Positions 63,444-64,000 of a stretch of DNA of 64,000 bases are shown piece after piece. Under the pieces are notes generated by a model. The model was not told the origin of the DNA. It searched no databases and saw only the letters and a list, made by a program, of their open reading frames with translations. Made by a program: the position numbers and the translations under genes. This DNA comes from Eledone cirrhosa (Eukaryota). The stretch spans positions 8,432,001 through 8,496,000 of the forward strand of contig OZ024762.1 of assembly GCA_964016885.1 (NCBI GenBank), written 5' to 3'. How positions within the stretch are numbered: the first letter of the stretch is position 1; each line of letters begins with the position of its first letter.

Positions 63444-63968
63444 CTGGCCGCTCATACTGCTGTTAAGGTATTGTTCTCAAAATAACTAATATCAAAATCT
63501 CATAGATTTGTGAGATTATGTGAGATAACTACCGTATTCTCGGCGTCGAAGACAACTTTTTTCCTAAAATAAGTCTCAAAAATCTACCATGCCTCCTGGA
63601 GGCTGAAGGTTGTTTATTATTTTTTTTTTTAAGGTGGATTGGCTGTATCGGTAGAGGGCCGGACGCCATGCTTTCCAGCATAGTTACGTCCCTTTACGAT
63701 CTGAGTTCAAATCCCACCGAGGTTGACTTTGCCTTTCATCCTTACGGGGTTGATAAAATAAATTACCAGTAATGCACTGGATAATTGCTGGCCTTGTGCC
63801 TAAAGTAGAAACAATTATTTTTTTTTTTTTTATTTTTGGTTGTCAAAATTAGGGTACGTCCTCGAGGACGAAGAGTCTTCGGCGCCGGGAAATACGGTAT
63901 GTGAAATGAAGTGTTTACCATGGAAATACAATAGTAAATATAGAGTAATGTAAGTACTAAAGAGTTAA
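63444..63968 (-). mobile_element. Partial MITE family A hosting the nested pogo-like MITE
   Basis: Removing the insert restores gagataacTAtgtgaaat, as in the uninterrupted copy at ~7465. Confidence 0.82.
63532..63897. mobile_element. pogo/Tc1-superfamily MITE (TA TSD), itself carrying an S1 SINE (63634-63815)
   Basis: TA-ccgtattctcggcgtcgaagac ... gtcttcggcgccgggaaatacgg-TA. Confidence 0.82.
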
Positions 63969-64000
63969 TATGCAGTAGTGTCTATTTTCATTGCACTGGC

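Overview
Repeat-saturated, AT-rich animal genomic DNA. Its microsatellite density and SINE/RTE complement look like an octopus or other coleoid cephalopod (inference, no database check). Almost all ORFs in the supplied track are translations of (TA)n, (CA)n, (CAC)n, (CAA)n repeats and minisatellites. Real content: three small phase-compatible minus-strand exons of an unidentified host gene (13538-13590, 9476-9723, 839-902); fragments of RTE, Rex3/Expander-like RTE, CR1 and possibly L1/Tx1 LINEs; at least two tRNA-derived SINE families; piggyBac-, pogo-, hAT- and mariner-like MITEs; and many tandem arrays. Two observations stand out. (1) There are four type I hammerhead-ribozyme folds in two sequence families with fully compensatory stem II, two of them in the arms of a ~370 bp palindrome typical of Penelope-like termini. 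(2) piggyBac-like MITEs repeatedly generate satellites, tandem copies and one ~63 bp extended target duplication whose boundaries all fall on TTAA sites. All coordinates were read by eye and may be off by a few bases.
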